A stretch of 58,231 bases of DNA, counting the filler, from Jimgerdemannia flammicorona (taxonomy: Eukaryota), in NCBI GenBank assembly GCA_003990765.1. It is 2 parts of 2 records of this genome, joined end to end, with 100 filler letters (N's around TTAATTAATTAA, not from the genome) between each part and the next. Parts side by side here need not be neighbours in the genome. Positions count along the whole stretch, not along the records: positions 29,172 to 58,231 come from RBNJ01000523.1; 1 more part is not named here. One strand, written 5' to 3'. Within the stretch, counting starts at the first letter, position 1. Every line of letters starts with the position of its first letter. Made by a program: the position numbers and the translations under genes. The notes beneath the pieces are model-generated. The model searched no databases. It had not been told where the DNA came from and saw only the letters and a program-made list of their open reading frames with translations. Below, piece by piece: positions 36,401 through 48,700 of this stretch.

Positions 36401-39400
36401 TAATAGCACACCATGCTTTTTAACTTCATATCATATTTATCTCAATATTCAATAATAGTATTACTGATGCTTTATCTTATACTGATCTTTCCTATTTCTG
36501 TTGTCTTGCCCCCTATGCTCAGATGCACACAACTGTAATTAGTATTATTTGCATTCTACACTTCTATCTGTCATTGTCTTCTTTTTGTAGTTTAGACTAG
36601 CAAAAACAATTTTCTGCTCATATTCTTTGGAACAATGTAGTTTCCTCTAATTCTGCACTCTCCATGGCAGTAATCATGCCTCTGGCAATATCTGAACTAG
36701 TGCTAATACAGTGGGTCTGTAGCTTGGCATTGTGATAGCTTCAACCAACTATAATCAAATATTACTACTTAGCTATTTGGTCTCTTCATATCAACTCTAG
36801 CTTTGCTAATCTATTCATTGGTCTTTACCAACTTTCAAGAGTTATACATAGTATGAAACAGTAGCTAGGTATCCATCCAGCTCTACCTCAGCTCCTATTA
36901 TACTCAGTATTCTTCACAGTCTTATTAGTTTACTTTGGTTATCTGATCATGACAATCTGCATTTCACAACTGCAATGTCACTTGTATATATCTGGTTTCT
37001 TTGGTCTGGCAAATTCATGTGGGATAGTTCCTTTGATCTTGCCTCTCAGTTGTCCCATGGCAATGTGGTTTTTCAACCTAATATTACAGACTCCACCCAT
37101 ATTATGCTCACCCTACTGGACTCCAAAATGGATCTGTTCTACTAGGGTATATTACTTTTTATTATCAGAATGGACCCTGCTATGCTATGGATTGTATCTT
37201 TACTCCACCTTCTCTACTTGGCATACCTAGCCCTACCCAACACCCCTCTGTTCCAAGGTTCTGCAAATTGATCATTCTCTCAAGCCTATCTTATTAGTTA
37301 TCTTTATGTATTACTTTTACAGATTGGTTTGAATCCTTGACTTTACACTGAGTATAGCTTTCAGATTGATATAACATCTGATGCTGCTGCAGCTTGTTTA
37401 TCCAATCATGAGATTCAGATATTAGATTAGTGTAATAGTATGGTATTTAAAGGCTATATTCATATACCCATCTCTCACATTCTGCATCTTCAGACTTCAT
37501 TAACCTGTAATAGTTGTCTTGCTACTCATATTACTAATATTTAACATCATTTCCCCCCTCTCTTCTCCCATATAGCCCATGACACCAGCTTACTCTGGGT
37601 CTTAAATAGTATATGACACTAGTATTTACTTCTCCTTATCAGCCTAATATCACTGCATGGCTCATGACACCAGCTCTTTATTCACTTATACAAGCCTTTT
37701 TATCACTGTATAGCTTATGATACCTACCTTCTTTCTATTACTGTATGGCTCACAACACTAGTGTCTTTTCTATTATCATGTATTTTGTAATACAAGCTCA
37801 CTCAGACCTTTACACAGCTTGTGAGACCAGCTCACTCAGACCTCCACATAGCTTGTGACACTAGTCTACTCATACTCTATATAACTCATAACACCAGTTT
37901 TCCCTTCATTGCTTGGCTCACTATGCTAGCCTTCTCAGGCTGTTGCATGACTTGCAATATCTGTCTTTGGTCCTAGCCATGTGGCCCACAATACTGGCCA
38001 TATTCTGATTTTAGGCACAGCTTATTTTATTAAGCCATTGGTATCTTTCACCTTCTACTCTGCTTATATTATACACCCATAACCCTCTTTACCTCATTTG
38101 GGCTATTCATTACTCTGCCAACTATCTTACTGTTATGCATCATCATTCTGCACATTACTACATATATCATTTGGGCTGATTTTTCTATTTATACTATATG
38201 TTTCACCCAAATACAAAACAATGATCATTAATTTGACATTTATTGATTTCTGGTGTTGTTATGTAGTTATTTATAGGTTAGCAATAAGGTTATTGATGTA
38301 TCTTTTTCCTTATCATACAGCTTGATATCATGTGGACATAGCATAGTTGATATTATATAAATATAGCATAGCTGTTACTATATCTTTATAGTATAGATTT
38401 GTCATTATGGTAAAACATTTAATGAGTGAGCTCATTTGAGACTATAAGTCAATGAATACAGAAATGTCTTAGGTATGTAGTATTAAAAAAATGTTTTAAT
38501 ATTAATATTTTTGTTTAAGACATATATAAATCAGACTCAAGATTCCTTTTAGAGTATTAGTATAGTATACATATTAATTCTATATATAATCCATTCCACT
38601 CAATATTTTGTATACACTTTATACTTATATTCTGTACTTCTATATATTTGTATACATGTTATACTTATGTTCTGTGCCTGTATATATTTATATACATTTT
38701 TCTTTATCACACACCTCTCTCTACATATGTATATATACACTTAGTGGCTGGGCTAGTTTTTCTTTTTATACCATATATTTCACCCAAATACAAAACAATG
38801 ATCATTTATTTGACATTTCTTGGGTTCTGGAGTTGTTATATAGTTATTTATAGGTTGGCAATGAGGTTATCAGTATATCTTTTTCCTTGTTATGCAGCTT
38901 GACATTATATGGGCATAGTATAGTTAATTATATAAATATAGTATAGCTGTTACTATATCTTTATAGCATAGATTTATCATTATAGCAAAACATTGACTCT
39001 ATACCATCCTGTTAGTATCCATCAAAGAACTAAGCTGCTCTACTTCTTTCCACCTATCAGACCCTCACTAGGACTAACAGTATCTCTCACCCCATTAGTC
39101 CTATTTACTAGTATATCATATATTATATTAAAGTCCATATTACTAAAGAGAAGAGAGAGTTGTGAGAAGACTATATAGAGGACAAGCAGATTGTAAGGAG
39201 ATTGATATAGAAGGTAGGTTAGATAGATATCAGATAAGATGGAGAAATTGTAGCTAAATTGGACAGATATATCAATACAGAAGAATGTGGAGGATTAGAG
39301 ACTGAGATATATGTAACTGAAAGTAGAGGATTTGATAAGAGTATTAAGAGAGGAGGAGAAGGTATATATATATAATATAGTAGTAAGATTAAGATTTCAG

Positions 39401-39600
39401 AGGCTTGAGAAAGGAGAGAGGTCTACAAGATATCTATTGAGACTTCTGCAGATGAGAAGAGTGTGACAATAGTTGGATAAAGCACTTAATGATGAGAGTA
39501 TAATAGTAGGGAATCTTAGAATCATTAAAGAATAGATAGGGGACTCTATGTAGTAAAGATGAGGGAATAACTAATGAGATATCAATTGAGTACTATCTGA
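30480..39600 (+). mobile_element. L1/Tx1-like non-LTR retrotransposon (ORF1 ~30560-32550; ORF2 APE endonuclease from 32579), 3'-truncated, internally inverted and interrupted by a Ngaro element
   Basis: MNSITNIFSLNVNDL...INILIVQD (APE N-terminus); minus-strand ARIDWILI...SDY (decayed RID/SDH) at 32990-33175; post-endonuclease linker RLEKGERSTRYLLRL at ~39400. Confidence 0.8.
33176..38995 (+). mobile_element. Ngaro-type tyrosine-recombinase retrotransposon, copy 1 (full length, heavily decayed)
   Basis: Split direct repeats A1 (33176-~33425), B1 (~38171-38420), A2 (38421-~38705), B2 (~38748-38995). ORF1 from ATG 33426, RT (YYVNDFLL, FLGIELDT), RH (WIDASS, HADNQAV), YR ending ~37544. No TSD: the LINE frame reads through the reconstructed empty site. 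Confidence 0.92.
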
Positions 39601-40151
39601 AGGACTGATACCCCCCAAGGGTAGTTGGTTTGAGAAATTGACTCATTTAGTCAGAAAGCATCTTTATATCTGTCTTAAATCTTCTGGAACTATTCCTCAG
39701 AATGGGCTAGAGCTGGTATTCAGCAAGTTACTCTTCTTTAGTTATATTTGATTTCTAATTTAGTAATAAAACTCAGTAGAATATTGATAGGATCCAAAAT
39801 GTAAAATTTCTAATATATGAATCTGTATAATACTTTGAATACTATCTAAGAATTCTTCTACAACTAGTGGCTCAGTAGAATACTATTATCTCTCTATAGC
39901 TTACTAAGCAATATTAGCAAACTTGAGAACTATAGCAGTACTTCATTTACTTGTTATAATACTTCCTGAGTAAGTTTTAGTAGATGATAGTAAAAGTGAT
40001 TATGTCTGAGAGTTTTTATAGCCAGATGGCAGTCTTCATTATATTATATATAAAATAAGATCCTTTCAACTTAGACTCCAGCTTTCATAATCAAGAGGCT
40101 TCCACTATATTCTAATTATCAGAACTTTATCTCTTAGCTTATTAATCAATA
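39600..40151 (-). mobile_element. Ty3/gypsy integrase C-terminus/3' fragment (A/B-related)
   Basis: Minus strand NIVEAS*L*KLESKLKGSYF aligns with family A 10421-10483. A G-run resembling a PPT lies at ~39611-39616. Confidence 0.7.
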
Positions 40152-41569
40152 TGTGATTATGAATCTCCTATTTATTACTACTATAATATATAAGTCTTAA
40201 TTATAATTAGATATATTAATCTATATTCTAAGTAAGCATCTATACCTAGTCAATGTTTTTGCTATAATATCGATCTACATTAGGGAGGGGTAACTATACT
40301 ATGTTTTGCATAATGTCAACTATGCTATGCTCACGTGATATCAATCTTTGTGATGAAACACCAATAACCCCATGTCACTGAAATGACCATACATCACCCT
40401 GAAATCCTAGGAAAGAAACCTCAAATAAATGATCGATTGCTCTGTATTTGGGTGGAAACACACAGTATAAAAGACCAGCCCAACCACTATGTATATATAT
40501 GTAGAGTGAGGTGGATGGTAATGAAATGTGTACAAATGTACGGAAGCGCAAAAGCATAAGTATAAAGTGTGTACAAAGTAATGTTGGGTGAATGGTAGAA
40601 TTACATATAGAAGTAATGTACATACTGAGCTAGTACCCGAAAAGGAAAGACAATGCCTGATTTAGAAATGCCTTAGACAAACAATGGTGTTGAAACATTT
40701 TGGGCACTATACACCCAAGACCTTCCTGCATTCATTGACCTGTGGTCTTGAGCGAGCCCCCTCATTCAATGTTTTTGCCATAATGTCCATCTATGTTAGG
40801 GAGGCGTAACTATACTATGTTTTGCATAATGTCAACTATGCTATGCTCATGTGATGTCAATCTTCGTGATAAAACACTAATAACCCCATGTCACTGAAAT
40901 GACCATGCATCACCCCGAAATCCTAGGAAAGAAACCTCAAATAAATGATTGATTGTTCTATATTTGGGTGGAAACATACAGTATAAAAGACCGGCCCAAA
41001 TGTTATATGTAAAATGTGCAGAATGATGATGTGTAGTGGTGTGAGTTGGCAGCGCCGAAAGAAAGAACTTGGCCCAAATGAAGTAAAAAGAGAGTTATGG
41101 ATATGGAAATATGAGTGAAGTAGAAGATAGAAAGGTGCTGAAGGCTTAATAGAAAGGCCATGCCTAATGTTGATGATATGGCTGGTGTTGCAAGCCATGC
41201 GGTTAAAACCGAGGGCAGGTGTCGCAAATCATGTGAAAGCCAAGAAGCGGATTTAATGAGCCCAGCGATCCAGGGATAGAACTGGTGTCATGAGTTGTGT
41301 GGGGGTCCAAGTAGGCTGGTGTCATGAGCTGCACGATAATGAAAAGAAGGAGGGCTGGTGTTACAAGCTGCACAATGTCAGAAAAGGTTGGTATCATGAA
41401 CTATGCGGTAGTAAGACGCTGAGGTGGGTGGATTTAAGGCTGGTGTTGTGAGCTGTGTGGTGATGGAAGGCTGATGAGGAGAGGTAAAGGCTGGTGTCAC
41501 ATGCTGCATAGAACCTGGAATAAGCTGGTGTCATGGGCTATACGGTAGAAAAAGAGGAATGGGAAATCA

Positions 41570-42590
41570 TTAACTGCAAGTAATATGAGTAGCAGAACAA
41601 GTATTACGAGTTAATGAAGCCCGAAGGTGGAGAATGCAAGAAATAGGCATATGAATATAGCCTTTAAATGCCATGCTCTCCCAACAACGCAACATCTGAA
41701 TCTCATAATCAGATAAACCGGCCGCAGCAGCATCGGATGTTGCACCAATCTGAAAACTATGCCCGGCATAAAGAAGTGGATTCAGACCAATCTGTGGAAG
41801 TAACACGCAAAGATGACTAATGAGATAGGCCTGAGAGAACGATTGATTCATGGAACACCAGAACAGAGGGGTGTCAGGTGGGGCTGGGTGTGCCAGGTAA
41901 AGAAGGTGAAGTAAGGATACAATGTATGGCACAGCAGGATCTATTTTGGTAATAAAAAGTAATGCACCCTGGTGCAACAGGTCTGTTTTAGAGGCTGGCA
42001 GAGTGAGCGTAATATGGGTGGGGTTGGCAATACTAGGTTGAAAGACCACAGAGCCACAGGACAGCTGGGAAATGGGATTGAAAGACCTGTCCCACATAAA
42101 TTCACTAGAGCGAAGAAAACCGACATATGTAAGTGACATCATGGTCGCAAGATGCAGATCATCATAATCAGATAGCTGAAGCAAACTGATAAGACTGTGA
42201 AGAATACTGAGCATGATAGGAAGCCGAGGTCGAGTTGGGCATATGCCTAGCCACTGCTTCATACCACACATCACTCAGGGAAGTTGGTAAAGACCAATGA
42301 ACAGATCAGCAATGCCAGAGTCAATGTGTAGAGAATGAACAGCTGAGAGGTAATGTTTGATTGTGGATGGTTGAAGCCATCACAAGGCCAAGCTACAGAC
42401 CCACTGTATTAGCACCAGTTTGGATGCAGGCAAAGGCCCACCATAGGCATAATTACTGCCATGGAGATTGCAGAATTGGGGGAAGCTGCATTGTCCCAAA
42501 GAGTATGAGCAGCGCATTGATTTTGCTAGTCTGAACCACAAAAAGAAGACTATGACAGGTGGAAGTGTGGAATGCAAACAATATCTATTA
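41570..42590 (-). pseudogene. Ngaro tyrosine recombinase
   Basis: ORF 41570-42274: GFLRSSEF, LPASKTD, YAGHSFQIGATS (HSFR->HSFQ), IQMLRCWESMAFKGYI. The SAM-like N-terminal part lies upstream of stops. Confidence 0.93.
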
Positions 42591-44099
42591 TGGTCAGGAG
42601 CATCTGAGCATAAGGAGCAAGATGATGGAAACGAGGAAGGTCAGCATGGGATAAAGCATCAGCAATGCCATTATTGGATGTTGAGATGAATATGGCATGA
42701 AGTTGAAAAGCGTGATGCACCATTTGAAAATAGAGCTGGTGGAGAAGTTCCAGCAGAAGAGGGTTGTGTGAAGAGCCTGAGTTGATAATAGCAACAACCA
42801 CCTGATTATCAGAATGAAGCAATATATGGTGAAAACGCCATTGAGCACCCCAGGTAGCAGCGGCAGCAACCACGGTGTAAAGTTCCCTGAACTGAATGTT
42901 GCATGAGGCTGTATCGGGAGACCAGGGAGCAGAAAACCATTTGCTATTGAAATGTGCACCAAAGCCTTGGATCCCACTGGTGTCTATCCATAATTGTGCA
43001 TCAGGCTCATGGAACCATGCCACCAGATGTATAACAGAAATACTGTTCCAGTGGGGTAGGAATTCAAGCCACCAACGAATGTCAGCATAGAATTCCTCAT
43101 TCAGTGAGATATGGAATAAGGCATTGCCAGAAAGAAGGTTGATAAACCGCTGCAGGAATGGGCAGCCCAGTGGAATGATTTTACAGGCAAATACCAAGGA
43201 ACCAATAAGGACTGCAGTTGAGGGTGTGTACATAATATGTGCGATAGCCACTGCTGAAGAGTGGCAAGCAATGTGTCAAGCTTGCCAAGAGGCAGGTGGG
43301 CTTCCATAGCCATTGTATCCAATTCGATGCCCAGAAAGATGAGTGATGTTGTCAGGCCTTTGACCTTGTGCTCTTGAATTGACCAGCTGAGATGACGACA
43401 GATGGCAAGAAGTAAACATAGGTCGGAGAGGGCAAACAGCCGGAATGGCGATGAAATGAGGAGAAAATCATCGATGTAGTGGATGAGCATGCATATGTCA
43501 TGATGGTGGGCAATCCATGCGAGAAGTTCCATGAAAAGGTTGAAAAGAAATAGTGATGAGGATGTGCCAAAAGGAGTGAACTGATCGAAATAAAACTGCC
43601 CTGACAACTCGAAACCCAGCAACTCCCAATTCGTAGGATGGATGAGAATATGACGATATGCATCGGTGAGGTCAACCTTCAATAGAAGACATCCCTGGCC
43701 AAAGTGACGAACCAAGTCCAAAGCCTCGTCGAACTTAATGTAAGAGAGCTGGAAGGCATCAGTATCTATGCTGGCATTCACTGAATTGCTGTGATGGGGC
43801 CAAGAAAGGTCGTGAATACAATGCCATGTACTATTAGAATTCTTCTTCACAATGGCGCTAAGAGGAGATGAGCAAAAGCATTTGAATGGAGGGGATGAGA
43901 ATAGGCCACAAATTCTACCGGCAGTAACTTCCTGCTCGATGTCAGACATGATCACTTTTGGGTGGTCGAGAGCAGAGCGATGATTGTAGGACAGCAGGTG
44001 CTGACGAGGCCCATCAAAGCCAAGAAGAGTGCCTTGAGTAATAGTGGCAATGGCAGCCTGAGCTATCCATTGGTCAGGATATAACTGGAGCTCATGCAC
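42550..44099 (-). pseudogene. pol: Ngaro RT-RNase H (one frameshift near 43220)
   Basis: ORF 43101-44099 (SPLSAIVKK, IHDLSWP, KVDLTDAYRHI, PFG, YIDDFL, FLGIELDT) and ORF 42550-43251 (DIRWW, WIDTSG, IQFREL, SDNQVVV, NGIADALS). No methyltransferase domain, which fits Ngaro rather than DIRS1. Confidence 0.95.
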
Positions 44100-44249
44100 C
44101 TATGTGACAGGGCAAAGAGTGGAAGAAGAAAGAGAAAAATGACATAGAATGTCTTGAGCAGCTTAATTAAGAGGGGTGGTAAATGGGGGATGGAGTAGGG
44201 TATTTGGAGTGGCCGGGGGTATGTATAAAGAATAAACAGAGGCGAGTTC

Positions 44250-45701
44250 CTAGAGGCAAGATGATGGATTGTGGGAGCATCAATACCATGGATGATCACC
44301 ATTGCAGCAAGAACAGGAATGCACATAAGGGCATCCTTTTCTGTTGCACTCAGGATCCTTCATGAGTGATCCATCAAATAGAACACCATTGTATGCCTGA
44401 CAAGTAGACCATTGAGAGGTGTTCTTAGTAGATGGAGCGGAGGAGCCATCAGTAAGATGTAGCCTCTGTAGTACATTGCGAGACTTGAAGGGCTTAAGTG
44501 GATTAGATGTAGAGGTCAGAGTTCATGGATGTTGATGTAGACTAAGGATCATAAAGAGGTTGGGGTCATGCTGGGCCCAGTGCTCGCACCATACCAAAGA
44601 AACACCATCGTTCATGATCTCTGCCAGTCATTTTGTGTGAAAGGAGACATGATAATCTAGAAGCGCAGACCAATACAATGATGTTGATAGTAAAATAAAA
44701 TCCATGGCATATGAAAAGAATGGAGTAGGATCGGTGAGGCCCAGGTATGCATCATAAAGAACACTGAAATACGTAAGCAGGGTGGCGAGGAAAGCAGGGA
44801 CATCCGGAAGATCTTTGATAAGGGATGGCAGCTTTTAAAGAATGATCCGAGCACCTGATTTGTCAAACATTTTGATGAATTGAGCATCAGGAAGACCACC
44901 AATAGAAACAACATTTCACTCTAAGAAACAGCCAAGCGACACGGTGGTGAACAAATTGTCGATGACTATGGCCAACAGCCATTGATTAACATGGGCATAT
45001 TTTAAAGAGAGATTGATGCCTCAGACAATGGTATGAGCAGAGACAACAGAAGGAGGTATAGAGATAGACTCACCCTGGGGATTACCGGCAGGGCTGTGAA
45101 TGCTGGTGGACCGAACCGAAGGGATAGTCAGTAAGGGCTGGGATGAGGATGGGGATGTGAGAACCACTGAAAGAGAGGCAGTAGCATGATCAATAAAGGC
45201 TTGATCAATGATGGGAGATACGTCCTGACCAGAAATGGCAGGAACTGCACTAGCTGGTGCCGCCAAAGATACAATGTCAGGGCAAGAGTGTAAAAGCTGA
45301 AAAAGTTCATCAAACCAATGGTCTTACATGGATGCATGATCTTGGAGCTGAGCAATGCTGGCTTCGATAGAAATATCAGAGGCCGGTGTGCTGAAAAAAG
45401 CTGGTCCGGCTGCCATAGTGCTAGTGGAAGCCTTGGATATGGCTTGTGCCAACAGACACATGATTCGGCGGGGTGTGGAAGTAGAGTGATCAGGGAGGGT
45501 AGCAAGATAATCCATGAGGATAGTAATATCAGGGTTCTCGCTATCAGATTCCAGGTTATCTTGCAGAAAGCGGAGTACATGCTCAATGAAATTAACATCC
45601 AAGCAGAAAGGGCAGGTGGCAGAGCCCAGGTTGTGTTGGCCCTTTGACATATGGGAAGGGTTGTATTGACACAAAAGGCAGGAATTTGTGGAGAGGACCA
45701 T
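44250..45701 (-). pseudogene. gag: Ngaro ORF1 (gag-like)
   Basis: ATG 45701 directly follows repeat A1 and is homologous to 33426 onward. C-terminal Cys/His cluster at ~44290-44400. Confidence 0.8.
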
Positions 45702-48700
45702 GGTAATGTAATGAAATGTATATGAATGTATGGAAGTACAAAAGCATAAGTATAAAGTGTGTATGAAGTAATGTTGGGTGAATGGTAGAATTACATATAA
45801 AAGTAATGCACATACTGTGCTAGTACCAGAAAAGGAAAGACTATGCCTGATTTAGAAATGCCTTAGACAAACAACAGCATTGAAACATTTTGGGCACTAT
45901 ATGCCTAAGACCTTCCTGCATTCATTGACCTGTGTTCTCAAGCGAGCCCCCTCATTAGACAGATCTGTATTCAGCAGATATATTTGTATCCATCAGATAT
46001 ACCTATCTCTATAGGTAAACTGGTTACTCTCTCTCTAAAGTGGTATTGCTGTATATTCTATAATTACTGAGATAGTAACCAGATAGTAATATAACTTATA
46101 TAAAATACTCCAGAGATAAGAGTTAATAAACCTCAGTCTGAAAAGTTCTAAAGCAATAGACAAGTCTGCCTAATATACTTTCAGGGATATATCTGTCAAA
46201 AGCTACTTAATCTAGAAAGGATTATAATACTTAAGAGAAATACCTACTCTATAGTTACTACTTAGAAGATTGTGAGATTCTATTTTCACTCTGGTTTACT
46301 TTCTATTATAAAGAAAAGAAGTCTGCCCTTTTTGAAATATTTGCTAATATAGGAAGAGTCTGCATTAATTGAGTTAATTACCATATTTAAGAAATCTGTA
46401 TTATTTGAGTTATCTAGCATTTTTATAAAATCTGCTTTATTTAAAAAATACTGCCAAATCTGTCATATTATACTGATTTTACTCAAATAGGAAATACTGT
46501 CAAAATTTGTCTACTGAAAATATCTGCTGAAATTATCTATATTATATATAACTGAACTTATATCTATTTGTGAGTAAAAAATTTGACTATTTTGTAACTT
46601 TTTGACAAAGTAACTAGGGTCCCAAACTAATCTATATAGCAGCTCCAATCTTTATAATTGGTCTCTATTGATCTGGCATATTTGATTCTCTTTAAAATCT
46701 ATATGACTTTTTAGCTCCTAAGAACTCAATAGTCAAACTAGATATATTTGATAAAATACTAATTTCTGCTATTATAGAAGAATAGATTATCAATAGCTTT
46801 TGGACAGAAAGATAAATAATTACCTCAAGGCTTGCCAATTACCCAGTATCAGAAGGATCTCAATCAGAAGCCAGTATAGTACAGAATCCTCAAAGAGTAT
46901 CAATAGACTTTTTACCTAGAGATCTGATCCAATCAGATCAATCAGAAAATATAGACAACTCTGCTCAAAACTTTAATAAGCTTTCATAAGATTTAGAAAA
47001 CTTCATCACACAATCCCAGTTTCTCTTAGAAGTCCCACTAGTCTCTCCCATTAAACCACTGCTAGGTACAGTAACTACAGAATCAGAAGGATTAACAATA
47101 GCTACTTCAAGGATATCCAGACCTACTATATCTTACTCATGAAAAATAACTCTATCTTCAGGATACCCAAGCATTCCATACTCTAGCAACAACTCTGAAA
47201 GTGAATCAGAAACAGAATTAGAATCAGAATAAGAGCCAGAAGATAGTGATGAGAAAATGACTGCCCCAATGTCAATCTTTGCAGAATATCCAGAAGAATA
47301 CGAAATAGAATTCTTTGATAGGATTGAAGAAATAGAAGCTCTAAAGAATATTTCAGCCTAGAGAAAATTTGCCAACTTCAAAACCTAACTTAGAGAACCA
47401 GTCAAGGGAATTTTCAACTTTGCAGCAAATGATGTATATACAGAATTTGAACAGTCATCCAGACAGCAGTATTCTGGGAAGAAGAATATGAAGCCATGAC
47501 TTTCTGGCTTATTAAAAAAATATACAGAAAATGAAACCTATAATTTGATCCAAGAATCTATTATGAGAATAAAATAAATCTTGGAGAATCACTCAGGATA
47601 CTCTTCATCAAAATCTAGAAAAGAATATATACAGCTAAGTTCAATATTATCAATTATGATATCATTGATCCAATGATATTTGTAAATGGGATTCCCCCAA
47701 ACATTGCCCAGTATGTCTGTATTCTAGATATCAGAAGGCCTGAAAAATAAGTAGATTCAGCTTAAGAATTTGTTTATATCTGACAAGTAATCATCTGGAG
47801 TAATCATAATAGGAAAGATGACAAGAAAGACCTCTTGGTTAAAACCCTATAAGGTCTTCTTCAAGAACATGGGAAATCAGAAGAAAAAAACCCAGTCAAA
47901 TAGTAGAAGCAAGAGAAATGATATCTAGAACACTAAGTTAGACTGATTGATTGGGTAAATTGAAAAACTCACCATATATATAAAAATCCGAACTACCCAT
48001 AAACAATAGAGAATATATACTGAAGAAACCAAGACTACTCACCTAGAGACAATAACAGCTTCTAGCTAGAAGGAGAATGAAGTTATCTATCCCAAAACAG
48101 ATCTCAAGTTCAAGCTTCTAATAGAGATAATTCAGATACTATACTACTAATTATACCAATAAATGAAGGACTGAAGGGACTCAGAACTACTAAATTAAAA
48201 TATTATAACTCAGTACAAGAAGACTGAAGTTTACTATATCAAAGACTTTGAGAAATACAACTGTAAAAACGATAGTGATCCAGACCTAGACTTATATCTA
48301 ATTAAAATTATCTCAAAAAAAAAAAAGTCTACTTAGCTGAGAAAAGAAAGAGACTAGTAAGAAGACTATTCAGAAATATCAGTAGAACAACCATCTAAGA
48401 AGAGGATGAAGAAGATGAAGAGGAGCAGTTTGAAATATCTCCCAGATCTCTCTCACCTTTGTTTTCAAACCAAATAAACTACTACTATAAAATGAAGAAA
48501 AAGAGCAATAAGAACAAGTGCATATGTTCTAAGACTTTAGAAGAAGTACATTCCAAGAACTATGCCCAGAGATATTTATAATAAAGTCTAAAAAAAGATT
48601 TAAGAAGTCAAGATAGAAGTCTTTTCTATAGTTCCCATAACTGATATATACTAGAGTTCAAAATAAACTATTGAGAACTACCAGGTCCAGTAGTGGCTGA

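Larger units (their letters stand above)
40251..45956 (-). mobile_element. Ngaro-type tyrosine-recombinase retrotransposon, copy 2 (full length, less decayed)
   Basis: A1 45956-~45705, B1 ~40998-40767, A2 40766-~40515, B2 ~40482-40251. The B1/A2 junction CATTG|AATG equals the joined element ends. Removing the element restores a 19-bp LTR tandem repeat with no TSD. Confidence 0.95.

Noticed and set aside
37570..38000. CRISPR array (also 41180-41545)
   Set aside because: Eukaryotic context, no cas genes, short degenerate repeats, and spacers colinear between two transposon copies.
38098..38902. Hydrophobic Tyr/Ile-rich ORFs suggesting membrane proteins
   Set aside because: They are translations of the AT-rich, decayed Ngaro B1/A2/B2 repeats.
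41570..42274. Phage integrase or prophage
   Set aside because: The recombinase is linked to DIRS-type RT/RNase H and split direct repeats, so it is a YR retrotransposon.
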